Positions 1-13,969 of a DNA stretch of 64,000 nt are shown piece after piece; the stretch's first letter is position 1; each line of letters begins with the position of its first letter. The position numbers and the translations under genes were made by a program. The notes under the pieces are model-generated. The model was not told where the DNA came from and did no database searches. It saw only the letters and a program-made list of their open reading frames with translations. This DNA is from Eledone cirrhosa (taxonomy: Eukaryota), in the NCBI GenBank assembly GCA_964016885.1, contig OZ024750.1, forward strand, positions 10,106,001-10,170,000. The letters run 5' to 3'.

Positions 1-269
1 GACTAGGCCTGGTTATTTTGTGCCAACATAGAAAACTGGCAATGTTCATCAGACAATGCACATTCGGTGAAATGCTTCCAGCTTAATCAACAAACCTGTT
101 TTCATAAAATACCTGTAAGATATACACCTGTGGCTTAATTCTTCATGTACTATCAATCCACTATCTGCAGGAATTTGGAATGGATGGCCACATTCAAATA
201 TTGCTAGTCTTGTGTCACTCCCAACCAGCTTTTCTCTCATCATCTCTGTCATGTCCCCTACACCTACAC

Positions 270-510
270 TCAAGTTGTTCCTGTCTACAACATCAGTCTA
301 CTGGAATCTGTTCCTTGCTAATGTCTTCTAAATACTTAAGTTGTTCCTGTTGAGAATATCTACTGGAATCTGCTCCTTGCTCATGTCTTCTAAACATTCA
401 GGTTGTTCCTGGAATCTGTTCCTTGCTCATGTCATCTAAACAGGTTTTTGCTGTCTAGAATATCAGGCTTCTGGAATCTGCTCCTTGCTCATGTCTTCTA
501 AACAAGCATA
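270..510. repeat. Degenerate ~50-65-bp tandem repeat (4 copies)
   Basis: CTGGAATCTG.TCCTTGCT.ATGTC.TCTAAA recurs four times. Confidence 0.8.
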
Positions 511-568
511 AACTTCCAGCAATTTAAGCAGAACATCAATGGCATCAACCTCAACAGTCTTGGAAGGC
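463..568 (-). CDS. Possible terminal coding exon of an unidentified gene (PSKTVEVDAIDVLLKLLEVYACLEDMSKEQIPEA*)
   Basis: Pyrimidine-rich acceptor TTTTTTTAACTCTGAGTCTTTGCAG| at 569, protein-like 34-aa frame; no family recognised and no upstream exons located. Confidence 0.3.
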
Positions 569-1164
569 CTGCAAAGACTCAGAGTTAAAAAAACAGCAAT
601 CACCACCTACTGAAATAACACCACACATACATAATTGATACTCCACATGAAGACTTATCAACAAGTCATACAACTAACATTCTACACAAATACCAGTCAA
701 TAATATAATATAGACCACAGCACAATACATATTCTGCATAATTTCTATCTGACACTGAAACATATCACATATTACACAGCACATATGAAGCACAAATAAT
801 CACCCAACAGTAACATAACTCACATGACGGCAACAACAACAATAATAATAATGCGAGAATATTAAAAAGACGGATTAAAGAAAAGAGAAAATTTGTATGA
901 AATACAATTGGAATGAAGCTTGAGTATTTGTAATTAGCTCTCAACAGTAGCAGTCTTTGGTATAATGTCTAAGGAAATAATGCTATAGATTTTTTCTCAA
1001 TTGAAATCCTTAATAACAGCAACATAGCAACAATATGATACAATATAACAGTAATGACAAATAAGATTGAAATCTATTGAATTCTAAGTAAACAATTCTC
1101 CTTCATTGTAATGAGATGAAGTGAAGATGTGTAGCTTAGTGGTTATAGTGTTTGGTTCCTAAAC

Positions 1165-1340
1165 TGGGAGGTGTGTTAGACTCGACGGGTTGTGATGGTA
1201 ACACAATGGGAGGTATATTAGACTCGAGGGGCTGTGATGGTGGTAACACAACGGGAGATATGTTAGACTCAAGGGGCTGTGATGGTAACACAACAGGCGA
1301 TGTGTTAAACTCAAGGGGTTGTAATGGCAACACAACAAAA
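1165..1340. repeat. 42-45-bp minisatellite (4 copies)
   Basis: TGTTAGACTC.AGGGG.TGTGATGGTAACACAAC recurs. Confidence 0.85.
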
Positions 1341-1769
1341 AGTGGCCATTTTGGTGCCAAGCACCCAGTCCACACTGTAAAGTGGTCATGTTGGTGACAT
1401 GATTGCCTTCCATATATATACATTTATATATATATGATTTCCTTCCATACAGATCCCATTTATCAAATTTTAGTTACAAGTCATTGGTCAACTCAAAGCA
1501 CTAATGGAAGACGATCAAGATATCCTCATGCCATAGGATTGAACCTGAAATCATGTGAGTGTAAAGCAAACTTCTTAACCACACAGCCATGCCTTTTCTG
1601 CCTTGTTAAATATTTTTTCTGTTTCTTGTAATGCTCACAGTTCAGTTGCTTTGCTGCCTCATTACTCAATATTTTTGGTCGATTTATTCCATTCCTGCGT
1701 TGTTACTAACGATGTCTGTAGCTTAGTGATAACATATATGCCAAAGACCTTCACAACAATTCCAAGAAA

Positions 1770-2120
1770 ATCATCATCATCATCATCACCATCATCATCA
1801 CCATCATCATCATCACCATCATCAACATCATTATCACCACTGCCACCGCCATCATCACTATCATCAACATCATCATCACCATCACCACCACCGCTACCAT
1901 CATTATCATCATTATCATCATCATCAACACCACCACCACCACCACCACTACCACCATCATCACCACCACCACCACCACTATCATCATCATCATCACACCA
2001 TCATTATCATCACCACCACCACCACCACCACCACCACCACTACCACCACCACCGCCATCACCATCATCATCACCACCACCATCATTATCACCACCACCAC
2101 CACCACCACCATCATCATCT
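1770..2120. repeat. (CAT)n/(CAC)n trinucleotide tract
   Basis: Direct reading; ends in an RTE-type tail remnant on the minus strand. Confidence 0.9.
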
Positions 2121-2403
2121 TACGTCCATTTTCCATGCTGTCATGGGAATAAACTTATAGAAATGAAGCAAATTTCTTTTGATCAGCTTTTATTTAAACA
2201 ATGTGAAGTGATAACATGAAGCTTCTGGGAAATATAGTTATGGAAATAAACGATGAATTAATTAAAAAATAATTAACCCTTGCTAGCAGGGAAAGGGGAC
2301 ATTAAATGATGATGAAATATAATTCTGATGATATTTTGATATTTTCAGACTGATTCAGGAAAATATATTATTAAAATAATCATTATTGTCATCATCATTA
2401 TTA

Positions 2404-2585
2404 TCTGGCAGTATCGGTAAAGGGTCGGACATGCTTTCCAGTGTAGTTACGTCCCTTTACGATCTGAGTTCAAATCCTGCCAAGGTTAATTTTGCCTTTC
2501 ATCCTTACGAGGTTGATAAAATAAAGTACCAGTAATGTACTGGGTATTTGCTGGCCTTGTGCCAAAAGTAGAAACAATTATTATC
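2404..2585 (+). mobile_element. SINE family B (~185 bp)
   Basis: TGGCAGTATCGGT head, B box GAGTTCAAATCC, GCCTTTCATCCTTACG.GGT.GATAAAATAAAGTACCAG body, (ATT)n-like tail; many copies in the window. Confidence 0.85.
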
Positions 2586-2724
2586 ACCACTATCATTGTC
2601 GCCATCACCATCATCATCACCATCATCACCACCACCACCATCATCATCATCATCACCACCACCACCACCACCATGGCTGATGGCATTTCTGTACATAGCT
2701 GACTCTTAGCTAAACATTTGCATT

Positions 2725-2950
2725 TGTTTCCCCAGAAACAGGGCACCAATACTATCCCCACTTATTTCTCTAGAAAGGGGCACCAATACTACCCCCACTT
2801 GTTTCCCTAGAAAGGGGCACCAATACTACCCCCACTTGTTTCCCTAGAAAGGGGCACCAATACTATCCCCACTTGTTTCCAAAGAAACAGGATACCAATA
2901 CTATCCCCACTTGTTTCCCTAGAAAGGAGGCACGAATACTACCCCAACTA
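2725..2950. repeat. 36-37-bp minisatellite (~6 copies)
   Basis: TTGTTTCCCTAGAAAGGGGCACCAATACTACCCCCAC unit. Confidence 0.9.
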
Positions 2951-4942
2951 GGCACAAATCTGATCTGTATTTCATACTGGTTAATTCTTTCCCTAAACAG
3001 TTCTAACCCTTGAACCTTTCACAATGTAGGTAGTAAGCTGGGATAAACTACTTTTACCAGCCCTTTATAATTGTCCCCAGGTCACATGTCTATTAACCCC
3101 ACTCCTAATTTAACTTCAAATTATATAAATGTCATTCCTTAAAAATTTAGTTTAAAAATAAGGATTAATAATATATGAATATATTATTTTTGTCTTTGTA
3201 CCAAAACAACCTGCTAACCTATAAACATCCACCCACAGTAAATTTAATACTTAATTTCACACAGTGAAGCTATGACCTTTGACCTAATTAGAGATTAGAC
3301 CTTTTTTTTTTGTTTAAAATAACAACACCTCTTCCAGCCCTTTACCTTTTGTTCACCAACTCTGAAAACCCAAAACCATTACACATACACACCAACCCAT
3401 ACACACACACACACACATATCCACCAACCCACACACACACACACACATATCCACCAACCCATACACACACACATTCCCACCAACCCACACACAGATACAC
3501 ATGCATATCAACATTTCACCCTCCTGTTTTAAATTTACTTTCTCAACCAATTGACCTATAATAATAATAATAATAACCCCTTTTATATCTTTCTTCTATA
3601 CTTCTCTTTCACATAACCTACAACTCTTAAAACCCATTCAGCAGCATATAACAAGTAGTTGACTCCTCCCATAGCCTCCCTCTTATGAGCAAAAGATTTT
3701 ACCTTTTAAACCAGTCTGATTCTGTGTAACCTAAAAGGTAAAGTAAATGTTTTAGAAATACTGAGATGCCCCATCTCTACTGAAATATATCATTTATATC
3801 ATGTTCTTTTTTTTTTAAATTAATTTATTTATCTTGCAGAGAATTAATCATTTGTGCCATGATGAAACAAAACTATAGGATAAAGATTTCACTATATGTA
3901 TGTATTTGTTAAGCTATATACATAGCTTGGAGATCAGAGAGTCACTCCAAGTAGAACCACTACTTCACCAAATTGAGAGATGTAACATGTGGTGCAGTAA
4001 AAAAATATATACATATATATACACTTAAATAAATATATACATATACTTAAGGATTAATTGGGTCCTGCATAATAAAAAAACTGGATGATGATGATGATGA
4101 TGATGACACCAGATCAGAAAACAAAGGAACCAAACTCCCACTGTCACTGCCTCTATCTCTCCTGCTCTCCCCATCTCTCAGTATTATGAGCAAATGGGGC
4201 CCACACACTGGCTGCCCTGCAACCCTGGCGGAACATTCTCTATTGGTCAATAAATGAATGTAACTGAGGCAAGCTTTAACATCCAGTGTAAATTCTTCAT
4301 GAGAATATGATGAATGCCAGATTTATGTTTACCCAAGATATACTTACTAACTAAATGTTTAACCACAGCAAATGCAGTTTATTCATGTACAGTCATAACA
4401 TTCCTTGTCTATGTATGATAACAATAAACTACTTTTATATCCAATCACATAACACAAGTGTATTATGTGTGACAACAATAGACAGTCTTTTCTTTAGTCT
4501 TTTCTTTTCCATTTACAACACTTATAACATTAATCATTTCATTACTATATTTCTAATGAAACACATTAACTATGTTGTTATATTTGTGGAGGGAGGGTCA
4601 TGTTGGAGAAGCTCATGTTGTCCTAATATTACAAGAAAAAATAGTAAAACATTCATTGGCTATGGTTTTCAGTTAACTTCTAAAATAATCAAGAATTTGT
4701 ATGGATTTAGTAATATACTAACTTTGTCAATATTAAGCTGGTGTCTAGGGTGGTGGATTGTTGGAATCAGTGAAGCATTAGATAAATACTTAGCTGTGTT
4801 GTTCAACTCTTTAGTTCATGTCCCACCAAAGTCAACTTTGTCTTTCCTTCCTTGTGGGGGGATAGGGGTTAATGAACAGCAAGGTACTGAGGTCAATGTA
4901 ATCAACTTTCCAAAGTCTAAAGTCTTGTCTTAAGCCAGGAGG

Positions 4943-5140
4943 CTCGTCAGGCCGGCACTTAGAGCGTCGAACACCATACTTTGTAGCAAAGAGTTATGGC
5001 CCTTTATGTTCTGAGCTCAAATCACTCTGAGGTTAGCTTTGCCTTTCACCCTTATGGGGTTGATAAAATAAAGAACCAGTAATGCACTGGGGTAAATTTA
5101 ATTGACTTTCTCCTGCCTCCCAAAAAGTTGTTGGCCTTGT
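4943..5140 (+). mobile_element. SINE family B copy (older copy adjacent at ~4750-4930)
   Basis: Same body motifs. Confidence 0.75.
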
Positions 5141-5770
5141 TCATCAGTTTAACGTCCATCTTCCACGCTAGCATGGGTTAAACGGTTTTGTTCCATTTGA
5201 TGCGGGAATGTTCGAGAGACCATATCTCGCTCGCACGGAAGCATCTAATATATATATAAGTAGTCCTGGGAAAAACATAAAAATCATTAAAAATATTAAA
5301 GTCTGTCCCAAGCTCAGAGGTTCATCCGATCAGACTTTATCCTGGTTTTATTGGCATTGAGAGACGAAGAGTACAAGATTCCATCTGGATGAGATGCCAG
5401 TCCATCAGAGCTTTAGCTCCCAGCTACTATTAGTACTCATTTTCACTTGAGTAGACTGAAACAGAGTGAAAAGAAGGGAGAAGTGTTTTGTTCAATAACA
5501 CAATGCGGTGCTAAGTCCTAGAACTAAACCCACAACATTTACATTTAATATTGCAAGAAAAATGCTTCCAAATGACATTTCAAATTCTCATCAACATCAT
5601 GAAGTTTTAATGGAAAAGTAATCATTCTAGGAAATTTGAATAGTTTCTCATTTAGGAAATTCATTGTCATCATCATCATCACCATCATCACCACCACCAC
5701 CACCACCACCATTGCAACCTTACAATCATGAAGTCAACACTCTAACCAATAAGCTGCATGACTTCACCAT

Positions 5771-5983
5771 TTAACCCTTTATCATTTACATTACTCTGTA
5801 TTTACAGTAGCCATTCATGGTAAAGGTTTTATCTCACATAATTATCTTACATAAGTCGAATCTATGAGATTTTGATATTTATTTTGAAAACAATACCTTA
5901 ACATTAGTATGAGTGGCTAGTTATGGCAGATTTGGTGAGAAAATGCTGGCTGGTTATGGCCAGTTTAAATGCTAAAGAGTTAA
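5771..5983. mobile_element. piggyBac-type MITE (second family)
   Basis: TTAA|CCCTTT ... GCTAAAGAG|TTAA; reverse homolog of 18575-18749. Confidence 0.65.
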
Positions 5984-6315
5984 GGGACAAGTTGAAAATC
6001 AGAATATAAAACTAACCAGGTTTCTTGTTTTATTTTTAGTTACCCCATGTTACAGTTTATTACCACTAAAAATAGTTACTAGCTGTTGCCAAAATAACTT
6101 CAATAATTGTGTTAACTGTTGCCAATAATCGACCGCATCTGAAAACAATTATCAGCTCCAGTGCCAATCAATGAATGTCAGAATGCCAGATTGGTTAAAT
6201 GAAACATAACTCTTGCCAATTAAAAAACAGCATATAATTAGTTTCTGGCACCATTTCTCAGATATACATAAAAGAGTAAATTCTTCACCATCATCAGTTG
6301 CATATTTATAAGGAA

Positions 6316-6368
<53 letters not shown>

Positions 6369-6419
6369 CAATTTGTCTCATTGTGAGTCAAGTCAGGTTA
6401 GATGACCATGTCTTGCTGA

Positions 6420-7005
6420 TGAAGAAATGTTTCTGGCTTGGTTGGTATGGCTGGATACCCTTCCAAATGCCTTATTGACTATGAGGGTTACTAGTTTGAC
6501 ACCTACTTCTCCCAATACCTTTGGCATTTCAGCAATTATCTAGTGGTCCCGCAGCTTTACCATTCTTCATCTCCTTAATTGTTTCTTTGACCTAAAACTA
6601 TCAACAATAGCTGGTCCTTCTGTTGGGTAATCTTCAGGTAGTCTCTCCTCCTTTCATTCTTTACATTCATAGTAACATTTTCAGACATCTTTCTTTTCAG
6701 CATTTCTAACACTCTTTTTCCAATTCACACTAACACACTGTCTTCCAATGCAGACACTTCATGTCTCTGATCCTCACGTCTCAAGACATTGGCAAACTTT
6801 CTTTTTTCAACCCCTCTCCAAGATGTGTATACCTGTCGTTATACCTTCTCTGAGCTACCTGATACTGGTCTCTGCTATTCCCATTTTTCCAGTCTTTCTA
6901 TGCCTGCCTCTTGGCTTTAATGGCTCTATTCACTCTGTTGTTCCACCACGAGGTCACCCTCTGTTTAGCTGGTGCTTTACTCCAGCCACAAGTCTCATCA
7001 GTAGT
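6420..7005 (-). mobile_element. Degenerate RTE LINE fragment (linker and start of RT)
   Basis: Minus-strand remnants TSWWNNRVNRAIKAKRQA*KDWK and VKETIKEMKNGKAAGP...LGEVGVKLV with stops and frameshifts. Confidence 0.7.
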
Positions 7006-7254
7006 TTGCAGATGATTTCTCCTGAATGAAAACAGTTCTAGTCCTGTAGAAGCCATTTCTATATTAAATTGAACCCGGGATTGACTTATATATATATATA
7101 TATAAACGATGATGATGATACATACATATTTATATATATTTATTCTATCTATTTCTGGCTCTTTATCATTATAAATATATTTGTATTTAACATGACTGAT
7201 ACCATCATCTGTAAGATAACGAGTTTATGCTAATATATCTGTGAGTGTGTGCGT

Positions 7255-7291
<37 letters not shown>

Positions 7292-7439
7292 CGTCATCAT
7301 CATCATCATCATCATCATTTTACGTCCGCTTTTCCCTGCTTACAAGATATATGTATATATGTATATATATATGTATATGTATATGTATATATGTATATGT
7401 ATATATATGTGTATATGTATATATATATATGTGTGTATA

Positions 7440-7527
<88 letters not shown>

Positions 7528-7945
7528 TTTGCCTGCTTTCCATTCATAACATGATACTTTCTTAATCCTTCACTTCATTTGTAGACAAGAAAACATTTTG
7601 CATGAAACTCTATCTGCATAATCTCCAACTTTTTCCAACTTTCTCAGAGTTTCTTGGATTCTTTGGATTTTTTTTTTGTTCTGGTTCTGAAGAAAAGAGA
7701 AACATAGCAACAGGGTTGTATCTGACATTCTTCAGAAAGAAAGCAACTAGAATAATGTTAGAGAAAGAAAAGGAATGGTATTTTGTTAATTAGTATATTT
7801 GCCACTTAATGAAGAATTAGATTGGTCTGTAAGACTTTCACTTAATTATGGAGTCAGATATATACATATACACATACATACAGACATATATATATGATGA
7901 AGGCACATGGCTTAGTGGTTATCATATATATATATATATGATGAA

Positions 7946-8240
7946 GGCACATGGCTTAGTGGTTAGAGCATTGGCCTTGCAATCGACAGGTTGTGAGTTC
8001 AATTCTCAGACCGGGTGATGTGTTGTTTCCTTGAGCAAGACACTTTATTTCACATTGCTCCAGTTTACTCATCTGTAGAAATGAGATGATAGGGACAGGC
8101 AAAAAAAGCACCCAGCTCTCACTGTAAATGAGGTTGGTGTTAGGAAGGACATCCAGCTGTAGAAATCAAGCCAGAATCAGTTCCCGTCCCACCCTTGCAA
8201 GCAGGGAAAAGCGGACGTAAAATGATGATGATGATGATGA
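7946..8240 (+). mobile_element. tRNA-derived SINE family A with RTE-derived tail
   Basis: A box TGGCTTAGTGG, B box GAGTTCAATTC, body CCTTGAGCAAGACACTTT and GTTAGGAAGG.CATCCAGCTGTAGAAA, tail identical to RTE 3' end. Confidence 0.9.
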
Positions 8241-8371
8241 TATACACACACACGCACATACATATATATACATATATATATAGCATGGAAGAATGGACGT
8301 AAAACAGTGATGATGATGATGATACATAGATATATACATACATATATACATATATACATTTATATACATAC

Positions 8372-8432
<61 letters not shown>

Positions 8433-9092
8433 AATATACATAGATATATATATATACATATAGATACATAATACACATATCATACACACACAAACTTATA
8501 TATACACATACAGATATACTTACATACATAAATATACATACACACACGTGATACATATATGGCTGCTTTCTTTCTTATCTCTATTATGTGTATGTGTGAG
8601 TTTCTGTGTATGTGTGAGTGTGTGTGGGTGCAAGCATGTGTGTATGTGTTTATCTGTGTGTATATGTATGCGTGTGTATTCAGTGTTGTGGTGTGTGTAG
8701 TTGTATGCGTATGGCTGTGATAGATGTGTGTTTTATCATTTATGTGTGAGTGTGTATGTATGATGGTGTAAGTCAGAACAAAGCAAAGACACAAAATAAC
8801 AACAAATGTAATCACTGAGGAGGTCACAGAATGTGTGATGAAAGAGCTTTGATGACAATCAGCAATTAATCAACCATCTGGTTATTAAACTAACCGACCG
8901 AGAAATTATAACAATAAATTGATGTGAAACCCAACAGGTTTGTTTTTTTATTGACAGCATGACCCTCCCAAAATATAACAATTACATAAATGACATGACA
9001 TGCATTTACAAGGAGTAAGTTAGGGCTGGAACCCTGAACCTTTTAGACTGGAAAGCAAATGACTTAAATAGAAAATGCATTGTGTGTAAACT

Positions 9093-9312
9093 TTAACCCT
9101 TTCGTGATTGCATTCCTAATGAAATACACCCTATTTTAATTAATTAATGAAGAATTTTGAGGCATTTACAAAAATTATTATTTCATTATTAAAATAGTAA
9201 CTTAATGTAAGGTTCTTATATAAAAATTAATTTAACTTCAAAGCCTTTAAAATGGGTGACTATTTCATAGAACCAGAGCTGGTTTGGGTTGGGTTGGTAA
9301 CTAAAGGGTTAA
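9093..9312. mobile_element. piggyBac-type MITE
   Basis: TTAA|CCCTTT ... AAAGGG|TTAA; homologous (inverted) to 48621-48860. Confidence 0.75.
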
Positions 9313-10982
9313 AGAGTTACAGATGGAAATATTTATATATATAACTATTTAAACATGTGTGGTATATTGTTATGGCTGATGTATATAAATATATATTCAT
9401 ATTTCTAAACCATTTCATAGAAATTACTCTTTGTGAGACCAAATAATAAAAAAAACTATAGGCATTGTTTCTCTACTTTTTTTAAACAAGACACATCAGA
9501 TAATGTAGTCTGGGAAACAAAAGACGGGATGGCCATAGCTGGAATGCCTTTTATCATAGGTCTGCTTCTTCAGGGCCAAGTTTGGGTCATGGGTACTGCT
9601 CTTCCTGCTCTGACTAAGCTATACCGAAATAAAATATAAACAAGAACAAAGCAAAACTCAACAATATTACCCAGAATTCCTTGTATTTTCTCATATGACA
9701 GACGCCATGATTTCTTTTGTTCATTATTGTAATGCTGAAAATTTACAAATAAATATTTTCTCCCTCAAAGGCATCTCATAATATAATTGTTGGAAACAAT
9801 TTAATCCTGAATTTTATTGTTTAAATTTGATCAATTTCTGGCAACATCACTTTTTACCAACCCTGACGACAACACTTCCACACAACCATCACCACCTCCA
9901 CAACCATTTCCACCACCACACAACCATCTCCATCACCACACAACCATCACCGCCGCCACACAACCACCACCACAAAACCACCACCACATCCACAACCACC
10001 ACCACCCTTTTCTAGTGTCTGTCACATTCCAGCTTATAATATTTATTTCATCAAAACTGAATATTTAATAGAAAATTTCACAAACAATTTAAAACTATTT
10101 CTATTTTCTGTGCATAAATGCTCCAACTTGTGTGTGTGTGTATGTGCGCGCTTGTGTGAATGTGAATGTATATGTGTATGTGTGATGTATGTGTGTGTAT
10201 GTGTGTATGATGTATGTGTGCGTGTATGTGTGTGTGTTTCCAAGCAGCAGGGTGGGGAGAAAAAGTGAGAGAAGGAGAGAGTTTGTGACTGTATATATGC
10301 CATATGATACCACACAATGCTACATAACAGCACACTACCACCACACCATACAATAGCATACCACACCATATCCCATTCCACCACACCACACCATACCACA
10401 CACCACACCACACTGCATCACTATACTACACTACTCCTTACCACACCACACCTTCACACTATAATCATACCATATCCCACTCCAGCACACCACAATACAC
10501 CACACTACACCACCACTCCACACACCACACTATATCACCATACCACACAACATCAAACCATGCTGTGATGTTTCAGCAAAGTTGAGTATTTTCTGAAGAG
10601 GCTTGGAGCTTACTCTATATTGTAAGAAAATAAATTAATCAGCTTATATCTGTGTGTGTGTGTGTATACAGTAAAACATGGAAAATGCCAACCATTGTGG
10701 CTATGAATTCGAACACATTTCAGTAATATTATCTGTATAAGATCCTCTATGTCGCCTGGAGAATACCAGCCACTGCAAAACACCATGACACCATTAGTTT
10801 CACTTGGTGCATCATATTTTGCACCTGACAGCTATTTAGCAATACTGAGAAATACATGGTGCCAAACATTCCAAAGAATCTCAGATACACAGGAATTGGT
10901 TGAAGAGGTGAGTGAGAACTGTGGCAGATCAGTCATGCTAGCTGAAGCTTTATGACACAGGGAAGACCTAAGGCTATATATA

Positions 10983-11014
<32 letters not shown>

Positions 11015-11987
11015 AATGAAATTGTGTACAGTGCTCAGGTGCACTACAACTAATCAAAGGTGCATGTATAGTACATAGAATAATGTACAAATGTCAGGAA
11101 AATGAACAGTGTACAAGTCATGAAATACATGTGTGCGTGTGTATGGAGGGGGGACATCAGGTGTAGTGTTGGCGAATCTCAGGAAGCATGGAGGTTTTAA
11201 AGAATGCAGTGTCTCGACAGCTAACAACTTTGTAGGCATGCCCACATGTGTTAGAATTCAAAAAGATGGTTAATGATTTTGTGAGTGTTCACCAAGTCAG
11301 TTGCCAGACATGGGAGCTTCAATGTATCCATGCCCAGGGAAGCAAGGCATTCAGAGTATGGTAGATGCCTGTATACATGCATGCACACATGTATGATGTA
11401 TGTCTGTTTTACAAATGTATATATATAAAAATATACATATACATTTCTTTTGAATGAAACAGTTCTAGTTCTGTAGAAGCCATTTCTATATTAAACATGT
11501 TTACAATCTACTAATGTATTGAGTACCTTACTAGTGGTTATCCCCAATTGAACCCGGGACTCATCATTATCATCATCGTTTAACGTCTATCTTCCACGCT
11601 AGTATGGGTTAGACAGGTTTGTCCCATTTGAGACAAGTTTGCTTGGGTGATTGTGTCTCACTCATAGGACTGTTTCCTCATATGTATATATATAATATAT
11701 ACATATATACACACCCATATTATATATATATATATATATATATAGTTAAAAACTAAAAATTAAAGATTTAAAATTAAAATCAAATGGAGTAAGTTTTCTT
11801 CCATCTTTCTTGCTCAAAATTTGGTGGTAGTGAAGATAGCAGTGTTTCTTCACCAAACAAAGTTGTTTTTGGTAATTTTTATTTCAATACTCAACATTTG
11901 ATAAGATGAATTTTAATACATCGAAACCGGTAATACTTTATATACATTATAAAACTTTTTAAGAAGAATTGTCCCTCTCATTTTTTC

Positions 11988-12175
11988 AATAATTGTTTCT
12001 ACTTTTGGCACAAGGCCAGCAATTATCCCAGTGCATTACTGGTACTTTATTTTATCGACCCCGTAAGGATGAAAGGCAAAGTTAACCTCGGCGGGATTTG
12101 AACTCAGAATGGCAAGGGCCATAACTCTATGCGTCAAAGCATGGCGTCCGACACTCTACCGATCCTGCCAATCTA
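11988..12175 (-). mobile_element. SINE family B copy
   Basis: Reverse complement of family B consensus. Confidence 0.85.
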
Positions 12176-12375
12176 CTTCAATAATGTTATCTTTTCAATA
12201 ATGTCACTTTGACGAATCAAAGAAAGGATAAAAAAAGAAAAACAGACCCTTAATATATTTTCCGTGCTATTTCCAACTTCACCTTTTCTCTATATATATA
12301 TGTATATATATATATGTTTATATATATATATATCTATATATATATGTATATATATATATGTTTATATATATATAT

Positions 12376-12924
12376 TGTATCATTTTCTTAACATGCTAAG
12401 GTGGGATTTGGAGATTTTATTGCTATTTCCAGCAGATCAATATACCACTTAGAGGATTTCTCATTGGTTTGCTGTTATTGTTATTGCTATCGCCTGGATC
12501 TAATAAGGAAGAAAGAGAGAGGTAGTGTTTTCTAAATGTTGATATAGTATCAATGACATATTACTGATATATCAAGATGTTTAGAAGAGTGAAACATTGG
12601 TCAGGAATTCTTTCATGCCTGGATGTTCTTTTAGATTCAGTATTTTCATCTTACTGTGGTTTGTTGAGTGTAATCCAGTATATCTATGAGAGAAACATAT
12701 ATGTGTGTGTATATATTATATATATATATATATTATACAAATTGATACTATATCAACATTTAGAAAACACTACCTCTCTTCCTTATTAGATCCAGGTGAT
12801 AGCAATAATAACAACAACAATAACAGAAACCAATGAGAAATCCTCTAAGTGCTATATGGATCTGCTGGAAATAGCAATAAAATCTCCATCAAATCCAACC
12901 TTAGCATGTTAAGAAAATGATACA
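12376..12924. repeat. Long inverted repeat, ~180-bp arms (12376-12554 / 12741-12924), ~186-bp spacer
   Basis: Arms are reverse-complementary with few mismatches and indels. Confidence 0.9.
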
Positions 12925-13817
12925 TTGGACAATGTAGATAGGTCTAGGTTTCTTTAGCAAAAAGGAAAAAGAGTGGTCATAGCTGACATAAGGCTTTACA
13001 ACAAGACAGCTTCATTAAAGCTGAAACAGTAAGAACAATTACAATAACAATACTACAATAACAGATGCTTCTAAGACTGATGATGTGAGTGTGGTAGAAA
13101 GGAAGATATCCTCAAACTAACAACCATGCCTGAGTACTTGCAACAGACTGGCAAGTATTTGGTGGGAGTGTTAAACTGAGCAATGGATTAAATTTTACCC
13201 CAAGTGGAAAATGCAGGCTAATTTTCTATCTTCAACTTAGATTACAAATTGTAGAGCTGAATGTATGTATATAGCAATTGTTTGATGGTCAAGTTGGTAG
13301 TTGGTTGCGTGTGTACTCACTTGTAGCTTGCTGCATCATATGGTCTCTTGTGTGATGCAATGTGACCAGAGATTGCATGTGTGCAGCTAAGTGAATAAGT
13401 GTTCAATAAGATATAGTTCCTTGATCACGCAGAAAATGAATATATATAAATGAACCACATGACACCAAACCGCTATATTAATTTATTGAAAATAGCTCAC
13501 GCTGAAGCTATACGAAAAATACACAAGAATTTGTTTGTAAAAGTAGAATTAAATTGTATTTACCAAGAAAACTTCATGAACTTCACTGGCTTGGTTGAGA
13601 GAGAGACCAAGAGAGATTCAGAAGTTCTGTTCATGAATGTGTTTTGCTCTTCTGTATTCAAATGTCCAGTCAAGATCTTATATCCATTAAAAATCATTTC
13701 CAAATAAAGAAATCAAGATTTTAATATAAGCAAGCAATGATGGCCAAGAAATGTTTCACTAGTCACAAAACTATTTTTATAGAAATAAGAAATCAAAGAA
13801 ATATTTTCGGAAAGATT

Positions 13818-13823
13818 TTTATT
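13818..13823 (-). terminator. Polyadenylation signal AATAAA of the basic-protein gene
   Basis: AATAAA on the minus strand about 150 nt downstream of the stop codon. Confidence 0.45.
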
Positions 13824-13969
13824 GAAAAAACGTCTTTACTTTCTATTTCCACATGCGGTAAACGATAATGGCTAGCTTTAGAAGCGAAAGTCCAAGAGAT
13901 GTGATGTGTCTCACTTGGTATAGTTGCAAAAGACTATCGAAAATTATTTTTATAGAAATATTTTCGAAT

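Noticed and set aside
1603-2160. Ser/Pro/His-rich 185-aa ORF
   Set aside because: Product of the (CAT)/(CAC) tract; similar ORFs at 17304, 31673, 38664, 45073 and 48921 are also trinucleotide tracts.
7946-8015. tRNA gene
   Set aside because: A/B boxes belong to SINE heads; no acceptor stem or poly-T terminator, and each continues into a SINE body.
10667-10955. Possible exon (GAG|GTGAGT at 10908) or Tc1-like transposase remnant
   Set aside because: No convincing acceptor or motif; too weak to call.
13077-13113. CTGATGA...GAAA-GGA/TCC-TC hammerhead-like match
   Set aside because: Stem III fits but stem I cannot form and stem II is weak; probably chance.
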